Of a DNA stretch of 64,000 bases, positions 27,647 to 37,371 are shown piece by piece. Under the pieces are notes generated by a model that did not search any database, was not told the DNA's origin, and was given only the letters and a program-made list of their open reading frames with translations. Source of the stretch: Polyangiales bacterium. Lineage in GTDB: Bacteria; Myxococcota_A; Polyangia; Polyangiales; Houyiibacteriaceae. The position numbers and the translations under genes are program-made. Numbering within the stretch: position 1 is the first letter of the stretch; the number at the start of each line of letters is the position of its first letter. The stretch covers positions 1-64,000 of the forward strand of contig JBGCFM010000074.1 of assembly GCA_045106895.1 (NCBI GenBank), given 5' to 3'.

Positions 27647-30607
27647 CTACTCGAAGAGCAAGGCGGCATCGCGATGCGACTCGTGCACGGCCACCGGATG
27701 CACTTCTTCGAGGGGGAGGGGCGACCCGCTGAGGTCGGTGTAGGACAACTCGCAGCTTTTCTGGCTGGCCTTGCCCACGCTGATGACAGCACGGACGCCA
27801 TAGCCCCAGTAGCATCGGTCCAGAGCGCCGATGGACTCCTTCGCTCCGAAGTTCCGCCAAGCGAGCTTCGCCGCGCGACGTCGTAGCTTGTCGAAGGGCG
27901 TAGTGGCCGAAGCGTCGAGCCGGGGCGACTGGCGCGCGAGCTGTTCGAAGGGCTGCGAGAGCTCGTGGTCCGCGAAGTAATCGGCCCAGACCTGAAGGGT
28001 TGACGCGTCGAGCTCCGCCACGTGGGCGATGCGAACCGATGTCTCCTCCGCCAGCTTTCGTGTTTCGAGATCCGCCAGGACGTAACGATCATCCTCCGCG
28101 ACACCGAGTTCGTCGCCAAACCAACAGAGCAATCTCTCCGTTGCTTGACGAAAAAGGTCGCAGCCGCCGCGTTCGGCGGCGAAGCGCGTGCCGGTCCATC
28201 GGCGCCCAAGCACCATCGCTTCTTCAAGCTGGACAGCGCTCTCCTTCTTGGCCGAACGTGCAGCGCTCCGAAACTCCTTCAGGAGCTTTCGTGCACTTGT
28301 TGCGTCCTTCGGCAAGCTCCGCCGACGGACGCCGTCCACTTCGATGGATACCTCACCACCGACGAGGGAGAGCTTCACTTCACCCGCCTTCGTGTCGATG
28401 GAGACATCGCTGGGTTGTGTGGGCATGACGGCGGCGACGAAAGGATCAAGCCGGCTCATGTAGGCAAGCGGCGCGACCTTGTGTGCTTCCGCCCGAGTCG
28501 CCAGCCGCCGCCACGCCTCGCGTTGAATCGAGGGCGCCGTGGCGTGACGCGTCCAGTAATGTAGCCACGCGTCGGCTTCCGCCGTGTTCAGCTGCCAGAG
28601 CGTGGCCATAAGCCATTTGCCGATTTGAAAGCCATAAGGCTGGAGCTCCTCCGGCGTTCGGCCAAAACGAAGCAAGGTGCTCACTCGGCCGACCCAGCCG
28701 ACCTGGAAGAGGTCCGCGCGCCGGCTGATATCCCCGATATTCTCCAGATAGGAGTCGAGGAGTCTCTCGGACAAAGCCGCAGCGTCATCGGCGTCGAGCA
28801 GAGGCACCAAGCGCATCAACGTGGCGGAAGTGAATGAGCCATCTTCGGTTCTGAGCGCGGCGACCACGGCGCTGGCGCGAAGCTCCGCGCCCTCGACGTC
28901 GCGAATCGTTCCCCATTCCGCCCCGGACTCGTCGCTTGCGAAAGGCGCGAGCAACTCCGCGGCGCTGACTTCGGGCGCACTTTGGCCCGCGTCGAGGGCG
29001 GCGATGTCGCGAACCGAGCGGTCCGCGTCGGACACGAACTTCGCAAGCAGTTTCCGCGCAGCCTCACACTGGATGGAACTCGCGAGCGTTGCTCCCAAGA
29101 CCCGCCGCGCTGAGTCCGGTGTTCCTAAGAGCTCCGCGCACGTAGCCACCAGCTCCGCCGTATGCTCCACATTTTCCGTGGCGATGGAACGGATCGACTT
29201 GTCCGGACTAAGCAAGAGCGCCCGCCACACCTCTTGGGTACCCACCTTCTTCTCATGAACCGCCCGTACCAACTCCAGCCGATGGGGCGCAGAGGCCAAG
29301 CGCTCCACGAAGCTCGGCGCGCGAGCGACGTCGAGAGCGACCAGCGCTTCGATGATGTAGTACGCGTTCCGCGCGCGAGGGATCACGCAGAAGGTGCTGA
29401 ACAAAGCGGACCTGAGTTCTGTATCGCCCGGGCGTGCACGCGCGATCGCGCCCGGAGCTCGAAAGAAGCGCTGCGGCTCGTTCGCGAAGCGAGCCGCGGC
29501 GACTTGCCAGACGGGGCTGCCGAGCTGCTCGTATGCATCGACCCAGTATTCCAGAGTCTTGACGTCATGCTTGGAGGTCACCTCGTCCAAATTCACTTCG
29601 GCGACTTGTTCGGCCGAGTCGACGTGCTCGAGGAGCTCTTGCGCCGTGACGCGTATCGCCTTCTTACGTGCTTTCGTCGCGACCTGGAGCGCCGGCTTTG
29701 CCGCGACGCCTAGGTTGAGGAGGTTGAGCTTTGCGACCTCTCGCACCGTCTTGCGCGTGTCGCCGAGCAACGCCACGTTCGCCTCTGCGAAGATAGGCCG
29801 GTTCAATCGACCGAGGGCTTCGGCGATGAGGAGCGTGTGAGCAGCTCCCTTCAACGTCGGCATGAGCGCGATCAACTCGGCGGCATACCGACGGCCCACG
29901 TTCTGCCACGCGTCCCGCCACAGGCGCTTCGTGAGCTCGCTGTGGAGGTTCGCCGCCATGAACACGTCCCACGCGCTGGCGACGGCGTCGGCGCTCGCGA
30001 ATTGTAGAAGGGAGTGGGCGCGGATGAACGTGCCGTCCGCCGCCAAGACGGCTTCGTCGACGATGTGTTCGCTGCGCGAGCTTCCAAGACGGTTGAGGCA
30101 CGCCTCGCTCAATCCAAGAGAATCCGGGTCCACGTATCCGGTGCCAGGCCACGGCGCGCTCAACGCATCGACCCACACGCCGTCGACCCAAGCGGGTGTC
30201 TCTGCGCGGGCCAAGGTTAGAAAAGGGGCGTAGTGGCGCGCCGCGACCTCGGGTTGGCGTGCCGCGATCTCCATGACCTGCTCCGCTTCGAGCTCCACGA
30301 GCTCTTTGGCCTCCTCAGCGATGAACTTCGCTTTGGGCTTACTCGCGAGGAGCGCCGCGCAGCGTTCCGCCGCGCTCAGATGCTCAAAGAAGGCCGCCAC
30401 GCGCCAGTAACGCACCTCGCTGTCGAGGCTCTTCAGTATGTCGAGGACGTGCCCTCGCCAGACCGCTTGCGGCATCGCCGCGATGACTCCTTCTAAATTT
30501 ACCAGGGACTCGCCAGCTGCGAAGAGTCGAGCGATGGCCACCCTCTCGGCGCCGGACGGCACCCACTGCGGGTCGAGAGCGAGCTGTCGGAGGGTGCGCG
30601 CGTTCAT
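27647..30607 (-). CDS. HEAT-like helical protein with divergent C-terminal DUF4132 domain
   Basis: LEEAMVLGRRW, RIAHVAEL...WADYFADHELSQPFEQLAR, VHPVAVHESHRD; HEAT-like LAKFVSDADRSVR. Confidence 0.7.
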   Translation of the reverse strand: MNARTLRQLALDPQWVPSGAERVAIARLFAAGESLVNLEGVIAAMPQAVWRGHVLDILKSLDSEVRYWRVAAFFEHLSAAERCAALLASKPKAKFIAEEAKELVELEAEQVMEIAARQPEVAARHYAPFLTLARAETPAWVDGVWVDALSAPWPGTGYVDPDSLGLSEACLNRLGSSRSEHIVDEAVLAADGTFIRAHSLLQFASADAVASAWDVFMAANLHSELTKRLWRDAWQNVGRRYAAELIALMPTLKGAAHTLLIAEALGRLNRPIFAEANVALLGDTRKTVREVAKLNLLNLGVAAKPALQVATKARKKAIRVTAQELLEHVDSAEQVAEVNLDEVTSKHDVKTLEYWVDAYEQLGSPVWQVAAARFANEPQRFFRAPGAIARARPGDTELRSALFSTFCVIPRARNAYYIIEALVALDVARAPSFVERLASAPHRLELVRAVHEKKVGTQEVWRALLLSPDKSIRSIATENVEHTAELVATCAELLGTPDSARRVLGATLASSIQCEAARKLLAKFVSDADRSVRDIAALDAGQSAPEVSAAELLAPFASDESGAEWGTIRDVEGAELRASAVVAALRTEDGSFTSATLMRLVPLLDADDAAALSERLLDSYLENIGDISRRADLFQVGWVGRVSTLLRFGRTPEELQPYGFQIGKWLMATLWQLNTAEADAWLHYWTRHATAPSIQREAWRRLATRAEAHKVAPLAYMSRLDPFVAAVMPTQPSDVSIDTKAGEVKLSLVGGEVSIEVDGVRRRSLPKDATSARKLLKEFRSAARSAKKESAVQLEEAMVLGRRWTGTRFAAERGGCDLFRQATERLLCWFGDELGVAEDDRYVLADLETRKLAEETSVRIAHVAELDASTLQVWADYFADHELSQPFEQLARQSPRLDASATTPFDKLRRRAAKLAWRNFGAKESIGALDRCYWGYGVRAVISVGKASQKSCELSYTDLSGSPLPLEEVHPVAVHESHRDAALLFE

Positions 30608-30793
30608 CGTCGGCTAGCGGCCACAGGAGGCCAGGTGTTAGACCTGTACCACGATTCACGAAGGCTCATGGACATCCGCCTGTGACTATTAGGTATGGTT
30701 GCCGCATCGAATCATTCATAGTGGCGCCGAACGCGGACCACGAACTGCGCCAGCTCTCTTGGCCGTCGCTGCTCCCACCCGAAAGACTTACTC

Positions 30794-31561
30794 ATGCTTC
30801 TCGTCGTCGATGTTGGAAACACTCATACCGTCGTCGGTCTCTATGATGGAGAGCGGCTCGCCCACGACTTCCGCATTGAGACCTCGCGCGACCGAACCAC
30901 GGACGAGTTTCATGTTCTCCTCGCGAGCTTGCTTCAGATCGTCGGCATCGAGCGCAGCGGTGTTCGCGCCAGCATCCTCGCGTCGGTGGTCCCGGCGGTT
31001 ACGGACGTCGTCGTCGAGGCCATCGACCGCGCCTTCGATCTTGAGACCCTTGTCGTCGCGCCGGGGATCAAAACCGGCATCCGGCTTCACTACGACAACC
31101 CCAAAGAGGTTGGAGCAGACCGCATCGTCAACGCCGTCGCCGCCTTCGAGCGCGTCAAAGGCGCCGTCATCGTGGTGGACTTTGGGACCGCGACGACCTT
31201 TGATTGTATCTCCGCGACCGGTGACTACTTAGGTGGCGCCATCGCTCCTGGCATGGTCATCAGCGCGTCGGCGCTCTTCTCTCGCGCGGCGCGTCTGCCC
31301 TTCGCGGAGATCGCCAGGCCGCCCAAAGCCATCGGCCGAAACACCGTTCACTCCATGCAGTCCGGCATCGTCTACGGCTATGTTGGGCTCGTCGATGGCA
31401 TGGTGGCGCGTCTCAAGAAAGAGATGCAGGGAGAAGTCAGCGTGCTGGCGACGGGGGGCCTCGCGTCGCTCATCGAACCGGACAGCGAGACCATCGAATC
31501 CATCGACGAGTACCTCACCCTCGATGGCCTGCGCTTGCTGTGGCAGCGCAACCAAAGCTAG
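30794..31561 (+). CDS. coaX: type III pantothenate kinase
   Basis: LLVVDVGNT, VGADRIVN, VDFGTATT, YLGGAIAPG, ATGG, LTLDGL. Confidence 0.95.
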   Translation: MLLVVDVGNTHTVVGLYDGERLAHDFRIETSRDRTTDEFHVLLASLLQIVGIERSGVRASILASVVPAVTDVVVEAIDRAFDLETLVVAPGIKTGIRLHYDNPKEVGADRIVNAVAAFERVKGAVIVVDFGTATTFDCISATGDYLGGAIAPGMVISASALFSRAARLPFAEIARPPKAIGRNTVHSMQSGIVYGYVGLVDGMVARLKKEMQGEVSVLATGGLASLIEPDSETIESIDEYLTLDGLRLLWQRNQS

Positions 31562-31570
31562 CGGCAGACG

Positions 31571-32977
31571 TCAGCTACGACGGCGACGGCGGCGCCGAGC
31601 GCGCCGTGGCGTCTCTTCAATGGTCGCCTCCGGTGAGGCGGCCCACTCGGGAACCTCCTCGCCGCGTGCTTCTCGGTCGATGGCGTAAAGACGAGCCGCT
31701 TCGTAGAAGAAGTCACGCCGGGCGAGCCCACCCACCTTCCCTGCGCGCAGGCGACGCTGGGCGACAACGATGAGACGAATCCGGTCTTTGATGCGGCGCG
31801 GAATCGCCAAACGGTAGGCGAGCTCGTCGAAGAATTCGTCGAAGGCCTCGCCGAGGTCGTTGGCGCCTTCGAGATATTCTTCGATGGGCCCGAGGAGCAG
31901 CGTTGCGTAGAGCAGCGTGTCGGTGAGCTTTTCGTCGCTCGCCGTCAGACGGTCGATGACGGCCAAGCGGTGCCAGACCAAGTCGCAGTCTTCCGCGTCG
32001 TCATCCAGGAAGCTGGCCACTTCGGGCAAGAGCTCGGCGAGAATGCCAAGGTCCCACATGAGGTAGACAGAGCGGTGTCCGGCGCCACCCCGCAGGAGGC
32101 GAAGGATCTCTTCAAAGAGGCGCGGGCGCGCAGCCCGCGAGAGCTCCGTGCGAAAGTCCGACATCGCGTCGTACATCTCGACATCGATGCCCATGTCGAT
32201 GCGTGCGCTGAACTTGATGGCGCGGAGTATCCGCACCGGGTCCTCGCGGAAACGCTGATCGGGGTCACCGATGGTGCGCAGAGTCTTCGTGCTCAAGTCC
32301 GCCATGCCGCCAACGAAGTCGATGACCTCGCGTCGTTGCATGTCGTAGAAGAGACCGTTGATGGTGAAGTCGCGCCGGATCGCATCTTCGTAAGGCAGAC
32401 CGAAGACGTTGTCGTTCTTGATGAGGAGGTCTTGCTCATCATCGGTTCGGATGGGCGCGAGGACGACGGGCGCCGGCATGTCCGAGCGCGCACCTTCCGG
32501 CAGCTCCTTATAAGGAGTGATGTTGATGTGCTGAGTCGGGTCTTTGCGGAAAGTAGCGACCTCGATGATCTTGCCACCCGCAAAGAGAATATGAGCGAGG
32601 CGGAAACGACGGCCGATGACGCGGCAGTTACGGAAGAGCCGCCGCACCTCCGTCGGCTTGGCGCTCGTGGCGACGTCGAAGTCCTTGGGATGTCGGCCGA
32701 GAAGCAGGTCACGAACGCCGCCGCCCACGAGGTACGCTTCGTGGCCGTAACGCGTCAGACGCGAGATGACTTTGACGGCATCATGATCGAGGTGCTCGCT
32801 GGGAAGCTCCACAGGGAAGATCGCTGGGCTCGGCCCCTCAAAACGAGGGCCCTCATCCGCGGACGGATCGAGCTCCGGCATCGAATCGTCTTCTTCTTCA
32901 AAACGACGCCGGCGCCTACGGGCTCGGCGTGGGCGGGCTTCTTTCGGAGCGCTTTTGTCGGTTTTGTCGGATGACAT
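31571..32977 (-). CDS. pcnB: poly(A) polymerase PcnB
   Basis: VGGGVRDLLLG..PKDFDVAT, PAP signature VIGRRFRLAHI, RRDFTIN, REDPVRILRA. Confidence 0.9.
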   Translation of the reverse strand: MSSDKTDKSAPKEARPRRARRRRRRFEEEDDSMPELDPSADEGPRFEGPSPAIFPVELPSEHLDHDAVKVISRLTRYGHEAYLVGGGVRDLLLGRHPKDFDVATSAKPTEVRRLFRNCRVIGRRFRLAHILFAGGKIIEVATFRKDPTQHINITPYKELPEGARSDMPAPVVLAPIRTDDEQDLLIKNDNVFGLPYEDAIRRDFTINGLFYDMQRREVIDFVGGMADLSTKTLRTIGDPDQRFREDPVRILRAIKFSARIDMGIDVEMYDAMSDFRTELSRAARPRLFEEILRLLRGGAGHRSVYLMWDLGILAELLPEVASFLDDDAEDCDLVWHRLAVIDRLTASDEKLTDTLLYATLLLGPIEEYLEGANDLGEAFDEFFDELAYRLAIPRRIKDRIRLIVVAQRRLRAGKVGGLARRDFFYEAARLYAIDREARGEEVPEWAASPEATIEETPRRARRRRRRRS

Positions 32978-33076
32978 GAGAAAATTCGAAGAAGAAGGAG
33001 CGAGGCTCGCCCGGCGGAGTAGCGCTTTGACGCCTCACCGGCAACGTTTGCCTCGAACGCTGATACACTCGGCGCC

Positions 33077-34144
33077 GTGGACACCTCGATCTTAGCCGCT
33101 GGACAGGTACTGGTGGGGGGCTTTTCTGGTCTAAAGGTCCCGCCGAAGCTCATGGAGGCCTTCGCCGAGGGGTCTATCGGAGGGGTGACCTTCTTCTCCC
33201 GGAACATCGATACTCCTAAGCAATTACATGCACTTATCAAGGAAATAGAATGGCCTCAGGAGCGCCCTCCCCTCCTCGCCATCGACCAAGAAGGCGGACG
33301 CGTCGCACGGCTAAAAAGCCCGGTCGTGAAGCTCCCCCCAATGCGTGAGTTGGCCCAGATCGGCGATCCGTCGCTCACCGAGCGCGCCGCGGCGCTCCTT
33401 GGAAGCCAGCTGAGAGCGATCGGGCTGACCATGAATTTTGCCCCGGTGCTCGATGTGGACACCAATCCGGACAACCCCGTTATCGGCGATCGCTCGTTTG
33501 GAGCGAGGCCGAAGGAAGTGATCCTCCACGCGCGGGCGTTCGCGGCAGGTCTCGCCGACGCTGGCGTGCTGAGCTGCGGAAAGCACTTCCCCGGACATGG
33601 CGACACGCTCCTGGACAGTCACCTCGCGCTTCCAACGGTGAAGCACACGCTGGCGCGCTTGGAAGCCGTAGAGCTACTACCCTTTCGACAGGCCCTCGAT
33701 TTTCCCGCGTTCATGACCGCACACGTGGTTTTCCCGGAGCTGGACGCGCACCGACCAGCGACGCTTTCGCCACACGTTGTCGGCGACCTCCTTCGGCACG
33801 ACATGGGGTACGAAGGAGTCATCATCAGTGACGACCTGGAGATGAAAGCTGTCGCCAAAATGTACAGCATCGCTGAGTCCGCGATCCTCGCCATCGAAGC
33901 CGGGTGCGACGTTCTCCTCGTGTGCTCCGACACCGACGCGCTCTTTGACGCCCGCGAAGAGCTGGCGGCGAGGGCGAGGCGGGACGTTGCTTTTCGCACG
34001 CGACTCGATGACGCCGCGGAGCGCTCACTTCGCCTGCGACGGAGCGCGCCTCCGACGCCAGCACCGAACTTGAGTGGAGTCTTCGACGCCAGCACCCTGT
34101 TTGAGCGCGAACTCGAAACCCACCTTGGACAGCGCCATGCTTGA
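33077..34144 (+). CDS. nagZ: beta-N-acetylhexosaminidase (GH3)
   Basis: IDQEGGRVAR, NFAPVLD, KHFPGHG...DSH, MTAH, SDDLEM. Confidence 0.92.
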   Translation: MDTSILAAGQVLVGGFSGLKVPPKLMEAFAEGSIGGVTFFSRNIDTPKQLHALIKEIEWPQERPPLLAIDQEGGRVARLKSPVVKLPPMRELAQIGDPSLTERAAALLGSQLRAIGLTMNFAPVLDVDTNPDNPVIGDRSFGARPKEVILHARAFAAGLADAGVLSCGKHFPGHGDTLLDSHLALPTVKHTLARLEAVELLPFRQALDFPAFMTAHVVFPELDAHRPATLSPHVVGDLLRHDMGYEGVIISDDLEMKAVAKMYSIAESAILAIEAGCDVLLVCSDTDALFDAREELAARARRDVAFRTRLDDAAERSLRLRRSAPPTPAPNLSGVFDASTLFERELETHLGQRHA

Positions 34145-35111
34145 CGATCCCCCGAGCACGGCACTCGGCCCCAAAGGCTTTCGCTTCGGTCGCTACCGCG
34201 GTCCCATCGACACGCCTGATTTTGAGCTCGGACTTCGATGGCGCGGACGCCTTAAGGAGTGGCACTACACTTCCGTATCCGCACCGCGCATGTTCTTGGC
34301 GTTCGGCGTCGTTCGTCTTGGCTACGCCACCAACGTCTTCCTCTATTGGGTGGACCATGAACGCGAAGGCGACGCCTTCGTCATCGACGCGATGTCCACG
34401 GGCTCGCGCGGCGTGTCTTTTTCCGAGAGCTCCACGCGCGGCGAGACGTCCTGGCGGAAAGGCGGCGCCGAGCTTCGCATCACTTACGAGCCCCGCTTGA
34501 TGCGCATTCACGCCGACGTTGTCGCTCGAGGAGAGCGGCTTCGCGCAGATCTTGTGGTGGAAGCCGGGGACAGCCTTGGACTACTCCACGACCTCGGAAA
34601 GCAGCGCCCCGCGTACACGCACAAAGCCGCAGGCTTGCGCGCGCGCGGAAGTGTTCGACTCGGCGACGAAGCCATCGTCGTCGATGGCAGCGCGGTCCTG
34701 GATTGGACAAGAAGCGTGGCGAGCCGGCGTACCGTGTGGAAATGGGCAAGCTTCGCAGGCCACTCCGCGGGCAGACACCTTGGACTCAACTTGTCGACGG
34801 ATGTCTACGAGAACGCCGCCGGTCATGGATGCGAGAACGCGCTCTGGATCGACGGGAAGATGTCGATACTCGGCGATGTTCGCATCGAGATGCCCGCGGA
34901 CCCAGGCGTCGGTGATTGGGTGATTCGAAGCACACACGGAGACGAAGTTGATCTCCATTTTACGCCGCGAGGCGCTCGCTCGAAAGACGCGGACTACAAA
35001 CTCGTCCGCTCCCGCTTCGTGCAGCCCTATGGCGTGTTCAACGGGCGAGTTGGCGGCGTCGATGTCCTCGATGTGTTTGGCGTGGTCGAGGATCACGAGT
35101 CGCTCTGGTAG
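34137..35111 (+). CDS. DUF2804 family protein
   Basis: KEWHY, AYTHK, LDWTRS...WKWA, ENALWIDG, FVQPYGVF; overlaps the nagZ stop. Confidence 0.7.
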   Translation: MLDDPPSTALGPKGFRFGRYRGPIDTPDFELGLRWRGRLKEWHYTSVSAPRMFLAFGVVRLGYATNVFLYWVDHEREGDAFVIDAMSTGSRGVSFSESSTRGETSWRKGGAELRITYEPRLMRIHADVVARGERLRADLVVEAGDSLGLLHDLGKQRPAYTHKAAGLRARGSVRLGDEAIVVDGSAVLDWTRSVASRRTVWKWASFAGHSAGRHLGLNLSTDVYENAAGHGCENALWIDGKMSILGDVRIEMPADPGVGDWVIRSTHGDEVDLHFTPRGARSKDADYKLVRSRFVQPYGVFNGRVGGVDVLDVFGVVEDHESLW

Positions 35112-35171
35112 CTCTGCTCGTCCGTCCATGAAGCACAAGCCCGCAAGCCAGACTTGTGCTGCCCCGAAACG

Positions 35172-36557
35172 CTAAAGGGGAACGATGCCGGAGCTGTCCA
35201 CACCCCAAAACACAAAGTCACCGCTGATCTCTCGGGTGCTCGTGTCGAAATCGAGGCTTCCCGAGGTACCGAGAATGTCGATGCTCTCGCCGGCGGTGAA
35301 GGCGTCGATGACGGTCGTCCAAGCGGACATTCGAATGGACACTTCGTCTCCGCTGGAGAGTCGCCGGAGGCCACGTCCCACGTTGACGGGGTTGATCTCT
35401 CCGCCTTCTTGAAGGAGCGCCCAGGCGATGGAGTAGAGGCTGATCCAAGCGGCGTCGTAGGCGTTGGAGGTAAAGCTCAGGTCGCGCACGTCTTCACTGA
35501 AGGTGAGGTTGTATCGCGCGTAGAACGCGTCGAGGGTGACGGCGTCGGGAAGCTGAGGCCGCGTCCCACGGATTCGCGCGAGGAAAGCCTCTTCATCTGG
35601 GATACCATCGACGAGGTCACGGTTCGCCGCCGCGTCGGTGAGGAAAAACGTTCCTTCAAAGCGCGAGGCATCGTCGGCGGCCTGGAGGAACGCTGTGACT
35701 TCGCTCGTGACGGAGGAGACGATGACGATCTCTTCGGCGTTGCCTCGGCCGACCTCGGCGCTGAGCTCTGAGAGCCGACCTTGAGTCGCGTAGGGGTAGA
35801 GCGTGACTTCAATTCCGCCGCCGAGGTTGGCTTCCACCTCCGTGGCGATACCCGTACCGTAGGAGTTTTCGGCGTGAACGATGGCGATGGAGCTCAAGCC
35901 TCGATCCTGAATGTCGGCGGCGATTCGCCTCGCTTGTTCCGCATCCGGCGCCGTGGTGCGCCAGAAGCGCCCAGGAGATTCGTCCGTCGATGGACCCGAA
36001 AGGCTCCCGAGCTCGTCGCTCGATGCGGAGGGCGAGACCAAGATCACATCACTACTGGCGCCTTCGAAAACCGCTTGAGATGCATCCGAAGAAGGAGGGC
36101 CGACGATGGCGACGACGCCAAGTCGCGACATAAAGTCGGTGACGGCGACGGAGGCTTCGTTTTGGTTCTGCGAGTCGAGAGTCGGGTCGACCTTATTGGT
36201 GCAGACGACGAGGCCGAAATCGCGGCCATCGACACCGCCGGACTCATTTGCGTCACGAACGGCAAGCTCGACGCTCTGCGCGCGCGCGACGTGGGTGACC
36301 TGGGAGTCATCGATGATGGTGCCGATAAGGATGATGCCGGGGTACTCTTCAGGGTTTTCGTCGAGGTCGACGGGCCAAACAGTCTCGCAGCGTGGCTCGC
36401 TGTTGGCAGCCTCGCAGAAGCCACTTTCAAGACAGACAAAACCGACACCGAAGGCGTCACGGCAGTCATCATCCACGGAACATGAGTCGACGCTTCCTTG
36501 CGTGAAGCTGCAGGAAGCGAGGAGACAAGCGAGGAGTAAGCTCAACCTAGAAAGCAT
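35172..36557 (-). CDS. lipoprotein with Cys-rich linker and branched-chain-amino-acid-type (type I) solute-binding domain
   Basis: lipobox LASC; AVRDANESGGVDG, AIVGP..S, FWRT...D..Q, YG.G, AYDAA, GTSGSLDFD. Confidence 0.8.
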   Translation of the reverse strand: MLSRLSLLLACLLASCSFTQGSVDSCSVDDDCRDAFGVGFVCLESGFCEAANSEPRCETVWPVDLDENPEEYPGIILIGTIIDDSQVTHVARAQSVELAVRDANESGGVDGRDFGLVVCTNKVDPTLDSQNQNEASVAVTDFMSRLGVVAIVGPPSSDASQAVFEGASSDVILVSPSASSDELGSLSGPSTDESPGRFWRTTAPDAEQARRIAADIQDRGLSSIAIVHAENSYGTGIATEVEANLGGGIEVTLYPYATQGRLSELSAEVGRGNAEEIVIVSSVTSEVTAFLQAADDASRFEGTFFLTDAAANRDLVDGIPDEEAFLARIRGTRPQLPDAVTLDAFYARYNLTFSEDVRDLSFTSNAYDAAWISLYSIAWALLQEGGEINPVNVGRGLRRLSSGDEVSIRMSAWTTVIDAFTAGESIDILGTSGSLDFDTSTREISGDFVFWGVDSSGIVPL

Positions 36558-37308
36558 GGGACCACCTTGCGTACGCACCCTCTGGAGACGCGACGGCGTC
36601 CATGCTGTTCGCGGGCTCTTCTTCATTGTCATCGGTCTTGCGGAGTAAGAAATAGAGGCCAACACCCACCGCCGCGGCACCGGCGACGAAGAGAACGTCC
36701 GCGCCAATGGAGGAGCGGCGATCACGTGTCTGTGCGTCTTCCGCCGCGGCCTGACAAAAGCGCTGGTCGCCCTGTTCCATGCAGAGCCCATCCAGGTCCG
36801 AGCGCGCGCTGTTGGCGCGAAGCGCGAGCACGAGCCCGCCGACAAGGGCAGCGCCACCGACACCAAGGAGAATCGGGCCAACGGGGCTCATGCCGGGCTC
36901 TTCTGGAGGAGCCTCCACGGGATCCGGCGTCGCCGTCATGTCGCGGACGCGGGCGGCGCGCGAACGCAGGCTCTCAAGGCGCGTCTCGATGCGCGAGGTC
37001 TCGCCCTCTTCAGCGTCGGGAAGGTAGCGCTCGAGGCTCTCGATGGCGTCTTCGTACATCCCAGTGCGCTCTTGGGCATTGGCCATATTGAAGAGCAGAA
37101 GCGGCCGGCGGCGCAGGGCGTAAGCCTCTTCGAAGGCCGCCAGGGCGTCCTCGTAGCGACCGTTGGCGTAGTGCTCATCGCCGGCTTGAAAAAGCTCGCG
37201 AGCACGTTCTTCGTTTTCTTCGGAGACTTCCTCGGATTGAGCGAGGACAACGCTGTTGGGGGCCACGAAGAACGCGACGGCCAAAAGCAGGGCAATAAGA
37301 CGAGCCAT
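36547..37308 (-). CDS. secreted TPR protein with C-terminal hydrophobic segments
   Basis: signal peptide; ARELFQAG...YANGRYEDAL..FEEAY...LLFNMA. Confidence 0.8.
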   Translation of the reverse strand: MARLIALLLAVAFFVAPNSVVLAQSEEVSEENEERARELFQAGDEHYANGRYEDALAAFEEAYALRRRPLLLFNMANAQERTGMYEDAIESLERYLPDAEEGETSRIETRLESLRSRAARVRDMTATPDPVEAPPEEPGMSPVGPILLGVGGAALVGGLVLALRANSARSDLDGLCMEQGDQRFCQAAAEDAQTRDRRSSIGADVLFVAGAAAVGVGLYFLLRKTDDNEEEPANSMDAVASPEGAYARWSHAF

Positions 37309-37371
37309 GAGCGGATCATACCCGATCTTGGTCAGGACGTTAGGTTTCCTCCCCGGACGGGCTCCAAATGG

